Origin: a virus
Lineage: Duplodnaviria > Caudoviricetes
Virus record (IMG/VR): IMGVR_UViG_3300031867_000027
Coordinates: 1-64,000 of that record
DNA length: 64,000 nt
Reading direction: 5' to 3' (one strand)
Shown here piece by piece: positions 18,621 to 28,511 of this stretch (within the stretch, counting starts at the first letter, position 1; every line of letters begins with the position of its first letter). The notes below the pieces were generated by a model. It was not told the origin of the DNA. It worked only from the letters and a program-made list of their open reading frames with translations, and did no database searches. Position numbers and translations under genes: made by a program.

Positions 18621-18644
18621 TATTTAAGTGGGAGTGAATATATT

Positions 18645-19355
18645 ATGAAGATAAGAATTGGTAGATCTAAGTCTATCCGAGCATCAGAACTTGCATACCG
18701 TAGACGTAGAATATTCTGCGCTGATGAGGAAATAGACGAAACTAATGAAGATGCTGGTATGCTTCAGCACGAACAGAAGTATTCTTCAAAGAACACCGCA
18801 GTTAATGCATTGAGTGGTAAACTTCCAGCACTGTTTGGGAAAATCAGTTGGAAACCTAATACTATGGTTTTAGATTATGGTGGTGGTAGGGAGGAAGCCG
18901 CTAAATTGGCTACTGCATATTTCAATGATATTGACCCTACAATAGAATATGTGTGGTATGATAAGTATTGGCAGACAGCTAAACAGCAGAATGAAGCTAT
19001 CCGCAGAGTAAAGCAGAACGGTGGTGCTGATGTGGCTATGCTGTCGAATGTGCTTAACGTTATAGCTGAACCGGAAGTTCGTCACGATATTCTGGTACAC
19101 ATTAGAAGTCTTTTGAAGCCCAATGGTGTACTATATATCTCCGGATATGAAGGATCTAAGGCAAACCAAGAGGGTGGTGGTAGAGCTACGGGTGAGGATC
19201 AGTATCAGACCTTTATGAAAACTAAAGATTATCTGTCTGAAATTCACGAAGTATTCCCAGATGCTACAATCAGAAGTGGTGTCATCACAGCTCCCAACAC
19301 AGGAAATGCGGTTGCTGCATCCTATAGAGATCCCAATGCTCTGATAGTATTGTAA
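18645..19355 (+). CDS. Class I SAM-dependent methyltransferase with basic leader
   Basis: LDYGGG, YDKY, LSNVLNVI, LLKPNG motifs; MKIRIGRSKSIRAS leader. Confidence 0.75.
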   Translation: MKIRIGRSKSIRASELAYRRRRIFCADEEIDETNEDAGMLQHEQKYSSKNTAVNALSGKLPALFGKISWKPNTMVLDYGGGREEAAKLATAYFNDIDPTIEYVWYDKYWQTAKQQNEAIRRVKQNGGADVAMLSNVLNVIAEPEVRHDILVHIRSLLKPNGVLYISGYEGSKANQEGGGRATGEDQYQTFMKTKDYLSEIHEVFPDATIRSGVITAPNTGNAVAASYRDPNALIVL

Positions 19356-19498
19356 TTATTTTGATTAATCCTGTATTTGCCTATTTTTAGGCATTTCCAA
19401 AAACAACCAAATATCAATCGTTATAAGACTATGTAGGGATACCTACATAGTCTTTATTAATAAAGACGATAAATCTTATTTCAAAGGAGGAATCTGAT

Positions 19499-20449
19499 AT
19501 GAAGATTCTAAACCGAAGTCGCTTGAAGATAGCGGCGCAAATTATTTTAATTCCCTCTATGCTGTCCTTGGGGTTGTTATGGTGCGACAACAACAGCATA
19601 GACACAGACCCCAGCACCCCTGCCAAAGCGGTTCAAGTACCATATGAGCTGGTAGTATATACTACAAGTCAGACCACAGTAGGTACTACAACCACTACAG
19701 CAGCGACTGCAACAACGACAACCACGGCTACAACAGCAGAATCATCAGACTCTACGGAGCAGATAGATACTGTAGTTGATGCCAACACAACAACTGAATC
19801 TGTAGAGCAGGTAGAACTCACTGTGGACGATTCAGCCGAAGAAGAGCCGATAGATACAGAAACGGCTACAACCGCAGATAATTCAACTAACACAACAACC
19901 GAAACGACAACCACAGTTGGTGAATCAACCAATACTTCAACTGGAACTTCAACTGATACACCAACTACAATCATAGTGTATAAACCATCTACGCACTATG
20001 TTCATCTTAACACTTGTAGATGGTATTCCTCAGAGTGCTATGCCATAGATACTACTGAGAGATTAGAGTCAAGAAAGTGCTCAGAGTGCAATCCTAACAT
20101 TGAAATCATCAATGAGTATGTACCTGAGACACCTACGGTAGCTGATTACGATAGACAGCTACTTGCTGAGATAGTATGGCACGAAGCCGGATCTGATTGG
20201 ATATCACAGTACAACAAGGCCAAAGTTGCTGCCGGAGTAATGAACCGTGTATACGATTCAAGATTCCCCGGTACAGTATACGATGTACTTACCCAGAGAG
20301 GTCAGTTCACTGGATATTGGCCCGGATGTTGTTCACCGACTCAATCCTGTTATGATGCGGTAGATTACTATTTCAACCACACTTCCGAGTTCAATAGTGA
20401 CAATTCGTGGTGGGGTGATGGTAGACAGAATCATTTTTACTATCAATGA
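19499..20449 (+). CDS. SleB/Hydrolase_2-family cell wall hydrolase with TM anchor and Thr-rich linker
   Basis: LLAEIVWHEAG...VAAGVMNRV...FPGTVYDVLTQRGQF...NHFY. Confidence 0.85.
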   Translation: MKILNRSRLKIAAQIILIPSMLSLGLLWCDNNSIDTDPSTPAKAVQVPYELVVYTTSQTTVGTTTTTAATATTTTTATTAESSDSTEQIDTVVDANTTTESVEQVELTVDDSAEEEPIDTETATTADNSTNTTTETTTTVGESTNTSTGTSTDTPTTIIVYKPSTHYVHLNTCRWYSSECYAIDTTERLESRKCSECNPNIEIINEYVPETPTVADYDRQLLAEIVWHEAGSDWISQYNKAKVAAGVMNRVYDSRFPGTVYDVLTQRGQFTGYWPGCCSPTQSCYDAVDYYFNHTSEFNSDNSWWGDGRQNHFYYQ

Positions 20450-20565
20450 TTTAACTTATAGTCTGCCAAAAACCTAAAAGACCAATCGTTATAAGTGTAT
20501 AGAAGGATATGATACTTTCATATTCCTCTATACACTCTTTTTATTATATAGGAGATGATTAGAAT

Positions 20566-21327
20566 ATGCACGTAGAATTATTAGCACATACTCCTGATCC
20601 GGAAAAGGTTGTAGCTACTGCCGCAAAGCTTTGTTATTCAGAGTCAGACATAGGTTCTCTCTATGATGGACTGACCGAAGAGAATACAGCTAAGTTCATT
20701 GATATGCTCAATGAGCTGGGTCACGAAAGTCCTGTTGAACACGTCAGCTTTACGTTCGGTATCGAAGGTATCAGTCGGGTTGAATCACATCAGTTAGTGA
20801 GACATAGAATAGCATCATACAGCCAAAAATCACAACGATATGTCAGTGAGGGACAATTTGACTTCATAACCCCTCCGGCAATAGAGTCTGATCCCGATCT
20901 CAATTCTATGTACTTTGAATATATGGTAATGACTCAGCAGTTCTATGACACGTTAAGGGATCGGCTGATTGCAAGACATACAGAACGAATTATGCTTGAA
21001 GATGATACATCTGAAGATATAGCTAAGAAGAAAGCCGAAAAACTTGCTAATGAGGATGCAAGGTTCGTCCTTCCCAATGCCTGTGAAACAAAGATAGTAG
21101 TGACTATGAATGTCAGGTCATTGTTCAATTTCTTCCGTCATCGTTGCTGCAATAGAGCTCAGTGGGGTATACGCGCAGTAGCAGATGAAATGCTCAGACT
21201 CTGTAAAGAGGTAGCACCACATCTATTCGCAAATGCAGGACCATCCTGTGTAGCTATGGGTAAATGTCCGGAAGGTAAGATGACCTGCGGAAAATTCAAT
21301 GAAATGCAGAGGAAATATAAGAGATGA
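20566..21327 (+). CDS. thyX: FAD-dependent thymidylate synthase
   Basis: GHESPVEH and RHRIASYSQKSQRY motifs. Confidence 0.95.
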   Translation: MHVELLAHTPDPEKVVATAAKLCYSESDIGSLYDGLTEENTAKFIDMLNELGHESPVEHVSFTFGIEGISRVESHQLVRHRIASYSQKSQRYVSEGQFDFITPPAIESDPDLNSMYFEYMVMTQQFYDTLRDRLIARHTERIMLEDDTSEDIAKKKAEKLANEDARFVLPNACETKIVVTMNVRSLFNFFRHRCCNRAQWGIRAVADEMLRLCKEVAPHLFANAGPSCVAMGKCPEGKMTCGKFNEMQRKYKR

Positions 21328-21689
21328 AAGCAAATTATAAAAGGAACAGAGATGGAAGCATCGGTAAGAGAACCGTCAGCTTCACGGAGAAACAATTGCA
21401 GGATTATGTCAATGAACAGTGGGAACTTAAAGTAAACGCTATGTATCAGGCGGCTACGAAGGATATTACTGCTCAGGTACTGGCCGTGATGTTCGCTACA
21501 CTGTATAAACCACCATACAATTGGAGAGGTAAACGTCTATGCGATTTGAAAGATAGGATAGAGTCTACCTTCAAAGATATGCAGACGGGTATCCTTGGTA
21601 AGAAGTTTGGTACAGAGGATTGCATAGAGTTTATGAAGCGTGAGTTTAATATTGACTTTGATAAAGAGGTGAAGCACTTTGTTAAATGA
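21324..21689 (+). CDS. Hypothetical protein
   Basis: ATGA overlap with thyX. Confidence 0.65.
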   Translation: MKANYKRNRDGSIGKRTVSFTEKQLQDYVNEQWELKVNAMYQAATKDITAQVLAVMFATLYKPPYNWRGKRLCDLKDRIESTFKDMQTGILGKKFGTEDCIEFMKREFNIDFDKEVKHFVK

Positions 21690-23274
21690 TATGCAGAAGA
21701 AAGCTGTTGAAACTACAGCTGATAAGGTAGTTGTTATTGCCGGAGCAGGTAGTGGTAAGACTTATGTGCTTATTGAGCGATTAACAAAATTAGTCAAAAT
21801 TGATGGTGTAAATCCGGAAAGCATATTGGTGCTCACATTTACGAATGCGGCTGCAAGAGAGATGACAGATCGTTATATGCGTAAGAATGAATGTAATGTC
21901 ACTCCTAAATTCGGCACATTCCACGCTTTTTGTTACTCTCTGATAATCAAGGATACTGACATCCGTAGAGCTATGGGGTATTCTGATGTGCCTAATCTGG
22001 CAACACCTGCGGATATTCAGCAACTACGGGCCGAAGTAAAGGTATTGTGTGGTACAAAGCTTTCTGACTCTAAGCTGGATAAACCCAGTCTGCTATCTGC
22101 GAACGAACAATTTGAGTATGATATATTTTGGAAAACATATGATAAGATGCTCCGGAAACATAATCTTATTACATTTGATATTATGTGCGATGAAGTGAGC
22201 AATATGTTTTCAACAAATGATCCTAAGACAGATAAGTATAAAGAACAGTATAAGTATGTGTTTCTTGATGAAGCTCAGGACAGCAACAAGGTCAATGTGA
22301 ATTTTATGCTCTCATTTAAGAATTCTAAACTCTTTATGGTAGGTGACTTCAGGCAGGCTTTGTATGCGTTTCGTGGAGCAGATAGTTCTATAATCAAGGG
22401 ATTTGCAAATGATAAAGATTGGGAATGCATAGTCCTCTCACAGAATTACCGTTCTACTGATCAGATAGTATCCTACGCTAATAGCATTCATAAGTATAAT
22501 GCTTCTCATTTAGACATTAATATGACAGCGAACAAATCCGGTGATCCGGTATTATTTAGGAAAGAATTCAATGCTAACAAGACAGATGACATCCTGACAA
22601 TCACTCAGGATAAGACTTCCGATAATACCGTAGCGGTTCTGTGCAGAACTAATGCAGAAGTCGATGCTATCAAATCAACTTTGAAGAGTATGAATATTCC
22701 CTATATCACCGATAGCCTAAATAAAAAACTCATAGAATATCTACATTGTAGCGTTGATAGTGAGTATTTAGTTAAATACTTATCCAGTGAACTGTCGAAA
22801 GAAGAATATATTCGTTATATAAAGCTTTGTGCTACGGAACAGCTTAGTGAAGAGGATTTCGTGAAGATGTTCGGTAAGAACTTTATACCTCAGCTCAATA
22901 AGATAATGGATATTCGTAAGATCCTTTCTGAGAATTCACCCATAGCTGTTATATTTAATAGGCTGGTGGAGTATCTAAAAGTCAATGTAGATTTTGCATT
23001 AGGATTTGAATGCGACTGTATTAAGGATGTTATTGATACACTTGCGGATACTCTTGATGTACAATGCGACTACGGTATATATGTCGGCACCATCCACTCA
23101 TCCAAAGGATTGGAATATGATGTGGTCCACGTTGTCGGTGTGAACGGTCCTCACTTCAATCCTCACAAAAATGAAGATGAGAAGAACTGTTACTACGTAG
23201 CCTGCACCAGAGCTAAAGAGAAGTTAGTGATATGGGATTCTTCTCAGTCATATAAAGAGGATAGTGATTGGTGA
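21679..23274 (+). CDS. UvrD/PcrA-like SF1 helicase
   Basis: AGAGSGKT, LTFTNAAA, DEAQD, GDFRQ, QNYRS, TIHSSKGLE, YVACTRAK. Confidence 0.93.
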   Translation: MLNDMQKKAVETTADKVVVIAGAGSGKTYVLIERLTKLVKIDGVNPESILVLTFTNAAAREMTDRYMRKNECNVTPKFGTFHAFCYSLIIKDTDIRRAMGYSDVPNLATPADIQQLRAEVKVLCGTKLSDSKLDKPSLLSANEQFEYDIFWKTYDKMLRKHNLITFDIMCDEVSNMFSTNDPKTDKYKEQYKYVFLDEAQDSNKVNVNFMLSFKNSKLFMVGDFRQALYAFRGADSSIIKGFANDKDWECIVLSQNYRSTDQIVSYANSIHKYNASHLDINMTANKSGDPVLFRKEFNANKTDDILTITQDKTSDNTVAVLCRTNAEVDAIKSTLKSMNIPYITDSLNKKLIEYLHCSVDSEYLVKYLSSELSKEEYIRYIKLCATEQLSEEDFVKMFGKNFIPQLNKIMDIRKILSENSPIAVIFNRLVEYLKVNVDFALGFECDCIKDVIDTLADTLDVQCDYGIYVGTIHSSKGLEYDVVHVVGVNGPHFNPHKNEDEKNCYYVACTRAKEKLVIWDSSQSYKEDSDW

Positions 23275-23335
23275 CTCGGTTAAAAAAAATCATATCGAGC
23301 AATCGTTATTATAGGTGAAAGGGGGTGAATACCTA

Positions 23336-23512
23336 ATGAGCGAATTTGAAATCGTAGCTCCTGATGCAAATGTTGATTATTTATATGGGGGTGATGATTT
23401 TGAGATATCCATATCGGATATTGCAGAACTGCTTAAAGGCAATAAGCTTGTAGGCACAGTCAATGATGAATATGTTATCACTATTAAATTAAAGGAAAAG
23501 GAGAATAAGTAA
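23336..23512 (+). CDS. Small hypothetical protein
   Basis: GGGGGTG RBS; class-A promoter 23300. Confidence 0.55.
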   Translation: MSEFEIVAPDANVDYLYGGDDFEISISDIAELLKGNKLVGTVNDEYVITIKLKEKENK

Positions 23513-23514
23513 AT

Positions 23515-24009
23515 ATGAATGATAAGTTAAACATCCGTAGAGGAGAAATCTACTACATCATCAAGTCTGACACACTCGGCTCTGAGATGGAAACAGGCAG
23601 ACCGGCCATTGTGGTTTCCAATGATGACAACAACAAGTTCTCAAACACAATAGAGGTTGTATACCTCACTACTCAGCCGAAGAAGGAACTTCCTACCCAC
23701 GTAGTAATTACAGCTACCAATCGTACTTCTACGGTTCTCTGTGAGCAGATAACTACTGTAGACATAATGCGTGTAGGTACTTATGTTGCTACTTGTACTC
23801 CGGGTGAGATGCGCGAAGTAGATGCTGCGCTTGCTGCTTCACTTAATCTTAAATCTATTGATACATCAGAACCTACTATAATGGAGAATCCAGATGCTGA
23901 ATACGTAGATACAATAGATGATGCTTTGGTGAAGCTGGAAGCAGAGCGTGACATCTATAAGAATCTATATGAATCGTTACTCAGTAAGATTACCGGGGGT
24001 AAAATATGA
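23515..24009 (+). CDS. PemK/MazF-family endoribonuclease-like protein
   Basis: IRRGEIYY...GSE..GRPAIVVSND..N...LCEQITTVD. Confidence 0.85.
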   Translation: MNDKLNIRRGEIYYIIKSDTLGSEMETGRPAIVVSNDDNNKFSNTIEVVYLTTQPKKELPTHVVITATNRTSTVLCEQITTVDIMRVGTYVATCTPGEMREVDAALAASLNLKSIDTSEPTIMENPDAEYVDTIDDALVKLEAERDIYKNLYESLLSKITGGKI

Positions 24010-24413
24010 GAACACTATCTGTACGTAAGCTTCCTATTGTATTCCCCAATAGGCTCAATGATAATCAGCGAGAACAGATAATATCCTATTATTTTGAGCA
24101 TAAGAGGAGCTTTTACCCATTAGGTGTACCCATTTGGGATTACTCAGACCAGAAACGTGGTATTTATGAGACAGTGCCTATCGGTAAGCTGGACAATATC
24201 TATTCGACAGATGCAATGCTGTATGCTGAGGTAAGATTAATCCCACTTTATGACCAATTTGTAGATGAGTGTCCAGAGTTCGTTATTTTTGTAAGCGTTG
24301 TCGCTGATCTTACGAAGGAACCAATGGATATTGCACATATAGGTTTTTCATTAGCAAATAAGTATGCCCTATATGAATATAAAACAACAACATTATCGGA
24401 GGTAAAGCTATGA
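24006..24413 (+). CDS. Hypothetical protein
   Basis: ATGA-coupled operon ORF. Confidence 0.6.
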   Translation: MRTLSVRKLPIVFPNRLNDNQREQIISYYFEHKRSFYPLGVPIWDYSDQKRGIYETVPIGKLDNIYSTDAMLYAEVRLIPLYDQFVDECPEFVIFVSVVADLTKEPMDIAHIGFSLANKYALYEYKTTTLSEVKL

Positions 24414-26248
24414 AACTTTCATCAATTACAATTATAGGTATGCATAAGGTCAAGAATAAGACTTATGATCTCAGGAACTTCAACTATCTCTACGGTGCGA
24501 ATGGAGTAGGTAAATCCACAGTAATGCAGGCTATTCAGCTTGCATTACTCGGCTACATTCCGGGTACTGATAAGAATAAAACAGCTATATTCCGACACTC
24601 CAACGGTCCGGTGATGTCTGTATTGCTTGAATTTGATGATGGTTCACATATTTCAAGGACGTGGGCTAAAGAAGGTAAGGATATAAAATACTCTACAGAC
24701 CAGTCACCATCAGTCTTTGATGTATCCAGAGTCATATCAGATATTGAACTTCCTATACTCAACTTCTCAGAATTCATCAATATGACTGCTAATAAGCTCA
24801 AGGATTGGTTTATCAACTTCCTGCCTGCTACAGATAATAACCTTGATTGGAATACTACTCTGACCGAAGCTATAATGCCTATCACTACAGATACAGTGAT
24901 AGCAAAGACTACTGCAAAGCATATTATTGATAATTATGCGGAACTCCCGGCTATAGAGCAGGTAAGAAAGTTCAATGATGAGTGCAAGGCTACTATCAGT
25001 AACAAGAAAACAGAAGTACAGCGCATTCAGTCTACAATACAAGAACTTGTTCACTATGATGACTGCGATACATCTCTTGATGAATCCGGAATAAAAGCTC
25101 AGATCTCTGAGAAGAACATTATATGCGATAGCATCAAGGGTAAGCAGTTCAAGTATGCTCAGAATATGAAAATAAAAGAAGTAATAGATTCTGTTGCTGA
25201 TACTGTAGCCGGGTATGCTAACAAAGAAGATAATCCGGTATATGCAGAACTTGTATCTAAGCGGTCAGCATTGCAGGATAAATACGCTAAGTATATCTCT
25301 GAGAAGAATGCTACCAATATGAATATAGGTATGCTGTCAGCTTCTAAGCGGATGAAACAGGAAGTTGTTGATAAACACGGCATCTGCCCTTATACAGACA
25401 AATCTTGTGATTCTATTGTAGCAATGGTGAATCAGTACATTGAGCAAATCAAGGACATTGACGTTCAGATAAGCAATGACACAAATCTGCTCCGTGAACT
25501 TGATATGTTAGGAACTGAGACTTCAAATGCTATATCTGATATAAACAATCAGCTTGCTGCGATAGAATCCGCTTATAATACCTATCAGATGAATATTTCA
25601 GCTTATGATGCTGATCTTGCTAATGAGTCTCCGGAATCCCTTGCAGAACAGAGAGCTGCGATTGAATCAGAGATTCAGGAATTACAGCAGACACTTGTAG
25701 AGGTCACAGCAAACAAGAAGTATGATGCTCTTATGGATGTACTGCTCAAGGATAAACTCACGGCTGAACGTGAGCTTGAAATATATAAGGTGTGGGAAAA
25801 GCTTACATCGGTCAATGGTTTACAGTCACAGATGATGAATGCTCCATTCGTAATGTTCGGAGCTAAGATCACTCAGTACCTTAAGCATTTCTACGCAGAC
25901 AATATGAAGTCTGCCGGGGTTATATCAGCATCTTTTGTTGTAGGTGAAAAAGCTAACAGCTTTAGCTTTGGTATGATGCGTGATGGTAAGTATGTTGATT
26001 ATGACTTCTTATCAAGCGGTGAGAAGTGCCTGTATGCACTTGCATTGTCACTTGCCATCGTTGACTCATCTAAGTCAGAATTAAAGCTTTTGCTTGTAGA
26101 TGACCTGCTTGACCATCTGGATTCACAGAATATCCGTAACTGTTTTTCAACCTTATATAATACTACATCTACACAAATTCTTGTTGCAGGAGTACAGCCG
26201 TATACCTGCGAACGTGCAGATGATGTTGTAATTGAAATTGGAGAATAG
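24410..26248 (+). CDS. SbcC/Rad50-like SMC ATPase
   Basis: GANGVGKST Walker A, coiled coil with CPY..C hook, LSSGE signature, LLVDD Walker B. Confidence 0.88.
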   Translation: MKLSSITIIGMHKVKNKTYDLRNFNYLYGANGVGKSTVMQAIQLALLGYIPGTDKNKTAIFRHSNGPVMSVLLEFDDGSHISRTWAKEGKDIKYSTDQSPSVFDVSRVISDIELPILNFSEFINMTANKLKDWFINFLPATDNNLDWNTTLTEAIMPITTDTVIAKTTAKHIIDNYAELPAIEQVRKFNDECKATISNKKTEVQRIQSTIQELVHYDDCDTSLDESGIKAQISEKNIICDSIKGKQFKYAQNMKIKEVIDSVADTVAGYANKEDNPVYAELVSKRSALQDKYAKYISEKNATNMNIGMLSASKRMKQEVVDKHGICPYTDKSCDSIVAMVNQYIEQIKDIDVQISNDTNLLRELDMLGTETSNAISDINNQLAAIESAYNTYQMNISAYDADLANESPESLAEQRAAIESEIQELQQTLVEVTANKKYDALMDVLLKDKLTAERELEIYKVWEKLTSVNGLQSQMMNAPFVMFGAKITQYLKHFYADNMKSAGVISASFVVGEKANSFSFGMMRDGKYVDYDFLSSGEKCLYALALSLAIVDSSKSELKLLLVDDLLDHLDSQNIRNCFSTLYNTTSTQILVAGVQPYTCERADDVVIEIGE

Positions 26249-26249
26249 T

Positions 26250-26678
26250 ATGTATCAAGTAAGAATGTCTAAGGAATCTATTGAAGTGGGATTATCTTAT
26301 CCTATCGAAGTAATTCACATTACAGGTAAAGGTATTATCTGCAAGCTTGTAGATGATGATCCAAATACCGAGGTCACAGCGTTTATCCACATTTCTAAGC
26401 TGGCTAACACATTTGTTAATGATATTAACGATTTTGTCAGCATCGGTGATAAGCTGACCGCATTGGGAGTTGCTACTGACAACGGTAATGAGCTCTCATT
26501 GCAGCATCTAAACCTTAAACCACATAAGCCGGAAGTCACCTATGAGAAGCCAAAGGCTAAGACTATTGATGAGATGATAGAATCTGCCAATGCTTCATAT
26601 AGGGATAAGAGCGGTGATAAGGGATTCATACCTCGCAGTAAGAGAAGAAAGCCTTACAAGAAACCGATGTATGATTGA
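26250..26678 (+). CDS. S1 RNA-binding domain protein (YugI/GSP13-like)
   Basis: FIHISKLANTFVNDINDFVSIGDKL S1 signature; basic tail. Confidence 0.8.
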   Translation: MYQVRMSKESIEVGLSYPIEVIHITGKGIICKLVDDDPNTEVTAFIHISKLANTFVNDINDFVSIGDKLTALGVATDNGNELSLQHLNLKPHKPEVTYEKPKAKTIDEMIESANASYRDKSGDKGFIPRSKRRKPYKKPMYD

Positions 26679-26874
26679 TTTCATAAAAATTGAAATTATC
26701 AATCGTTATTATAGGTAGAAGGGAGTATAGATTCACCTCCTACTCCTTTTAACTATATATGCCTGATAATCAGGCTGATCTGGTTGCTTCATCAGGAAGA
26801 ATAGCTTGAACTTGTAATACTTTAGTAAAGCAGAAGCGAAGATGAACTTCTCCTTATGTTCTACTTTTATCTTA

Positions 26875-27036
26875 GGGAAGTGCAGATGTAGTATTCAATT
26901 GTTTCTTAATGGTGCGTTTGTCAGAATACCCACCTAATTTGTGAAGTTCAATGAATCAGATTACCTTATTTACACACTTTTTGCTTCAACTTACAGTGTG
27001 TTTGTATCAGAATCAGGTATTAACATCTGCACTCCC
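26875..27036 (+). ncRNA. Putative long-stem ncRNA preceding tRNA-Gln
   Basis: Ends pair: gggaagtgcagatgt / acatctgcactccc; no credible ORF. Confidence 0.45.
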
Positions 27037-27054
27037 ACACCTCTTTTATTATAT

Positions 27055-27129
27055 TGGAGTGTAGCCAAGTGGTAAGGCAACAGACTTTGACTCTGTGATG
27101 CGTGGGTTCAAATCCCGCTGCTCCAACCA
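27055..27129 (+). tRNA. tRNA-Gln(TTG)
   Basis: Full cloverleaf, acaga-CT TTG AC-tctgt, TTCAAAT T-loop, encoded CCA. Confidence 0.93.
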
Positions 27130-28275
27130 ATAAGCCGCAGTCTTTAGGGGCGGAGAACAGATATGACTGCTAAGCTGTTCTGCCAAGCGTACACGGCATA
27201 TAGTGAACGGTATAAACGTTGTGGTGTTCAAGCAGTACGTAAAGTAGCAACGTGACGGCTCGGAGAGACGAGTTTATAGACAAGGTGATTAGCTATCAAC
27301 TCACTATACTATCAAAGAGGGTATGCAGCTTGACAATTCGGAATAGACGAATGAATTGCGCCATTATTGTCCGCTTTAACAATGAATTGTGCAATTTGGT
27401 CGCATACAACCAACGTGTATGCAGGGTTTATTATGCTGTTAGAACCTATACCCTACATCCGGTAAACAGCGTTTAGTGTTTTGTACGTCAACAATCCGGA
27501 AAACTATCCCGACAGAAGTGGCCAATTGTTTGGTAGTAACCAAGCGGTGATAACAACGAAACTGCCTGACAGCTCGGAAAGACGGGCATATATGTAACAG
27601 CAGCGCGGCGATATGACGTGCATTCACTTCAAGGGCTTATAGGCCGTCTGCTCTTGAAGGACTGCCAGTAGGGGAGGGACCTACCTGTTGCACCAACGGG
27701 GTTGATAGCAAATATCCACAGACCCAGTGATACGAAGTAAATATGCTGGTAGCAAGTAGAAACCCAAAGTACACAGGTTTAGAACGTATCGGCTGAAAAG
27801 TATCAGGCCAATAATGTGGGATGAGCAGCTTGGGGGTGACTTCAAACCCCACAGATATGTAACAGTATAAGGTAAACTCCTATCCTGTTGCACCAAAGGC
27901 CATCTCATTGTGCGGAGAGCCAAGAAAACTAAATGCGCACAAGTATATGCAGATGATCGGTAGCCAATCCGGAAGTCTGCGATAGCTTTGTTAAGCGAAG
28001 GGCAAAGCAGGATCTGCAAGGATTACCGGAGTCCTCCATAGATGAGTAGCATACTGTGGTTAAAGACCTCCGTTGGTTGTGAGGAAATCCGGTGTAGGTG
28101 ATAGTGTACGGTACCCATAAGCTGTGCAGTCATCGAACTATGTAATGATATGGGCGTTGGAGTGTATGAACTCAGCATCTACGTGAACGGTGCATCACAG
28201 TGATATTGGTTCAGCAGTCACCCAACATCGCTGTAAAACTGCAACAGCCGCAGGTATTCTCCAACTCTGCGGCTA
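27130..28275 (+). ncRNA. Structured non-coding RNA region (multiple elements, family not identified)
   Basis: Many nested stems, a pseudoknot, CCA-ended tRNA-like units; no ORF with RBS; flanked by tRNAs. Confidence 0.6.
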
Positions 28276-28276
28276 T

Positions 28277-28351
28277 CGAGGACGTGGTGTATTTGGTAAC
28301 ACACCTGTTTTGGGGACAGGAATAGCGGTTCGAGTCCGACGTTTTCGACCA
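28277..28351 (+). tRNA. tRNA-Pro(TGG), slightly atypical acceptor/T stems
   Basis: cctgt-TT TGG GG-acagg, TTCGAGT T-loop, CCA. Confidence 0.85.
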
Positions 28352-28427
28352 TAGGCAGCTCTACCTGCCGAAACACATTCTCCCGTGTTGATAGGTGCGG
28401 AGTTTGACCCATTACTCTGCACCAAAT

Positions 28428-28511
28428 GGCAAATTGCATTTAAGCAAATCAGTGTGATGCCCCCAACACTATTACTACTGATTCTCAGTGGGATTCTGGG
28501 ATTTGCCACCA
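28428..28511 (+). ncRNA. tRNA-like element with ACCA end
   Basis: 7-bp ggcaaat/atttgcc stem + ACCA; 5-bp/7-nt T-like arm lacking TTC. Confidence 0.5.

Noticed and set aside
19669-19974. Val-rich antisense ORF and other short antisense/shadow ORFs within long genes
   Set aside because: Mirror of the Thr-rich linker or of codon bias on the coding strand; no RBS or promoter support.
27130-27190. HDV-like (theta) ribozyme after tRNA-Gln
   Set aside because: The pseudoknot leaves only 4 nt where P3/L3 would be needed; topology does not fit by eye.
27594-27895. tmRNA
   Set aside because: Acceptor-like stems lack the Ala G3-U70 identity and TTC loop, and no tag ORF is evident.
28081-28095. RNase P RNA suggested by gaggaaatccgg
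   Set aside because: The segment pairs locally with accggagtcctc and other RNase P conserved regions were not found.
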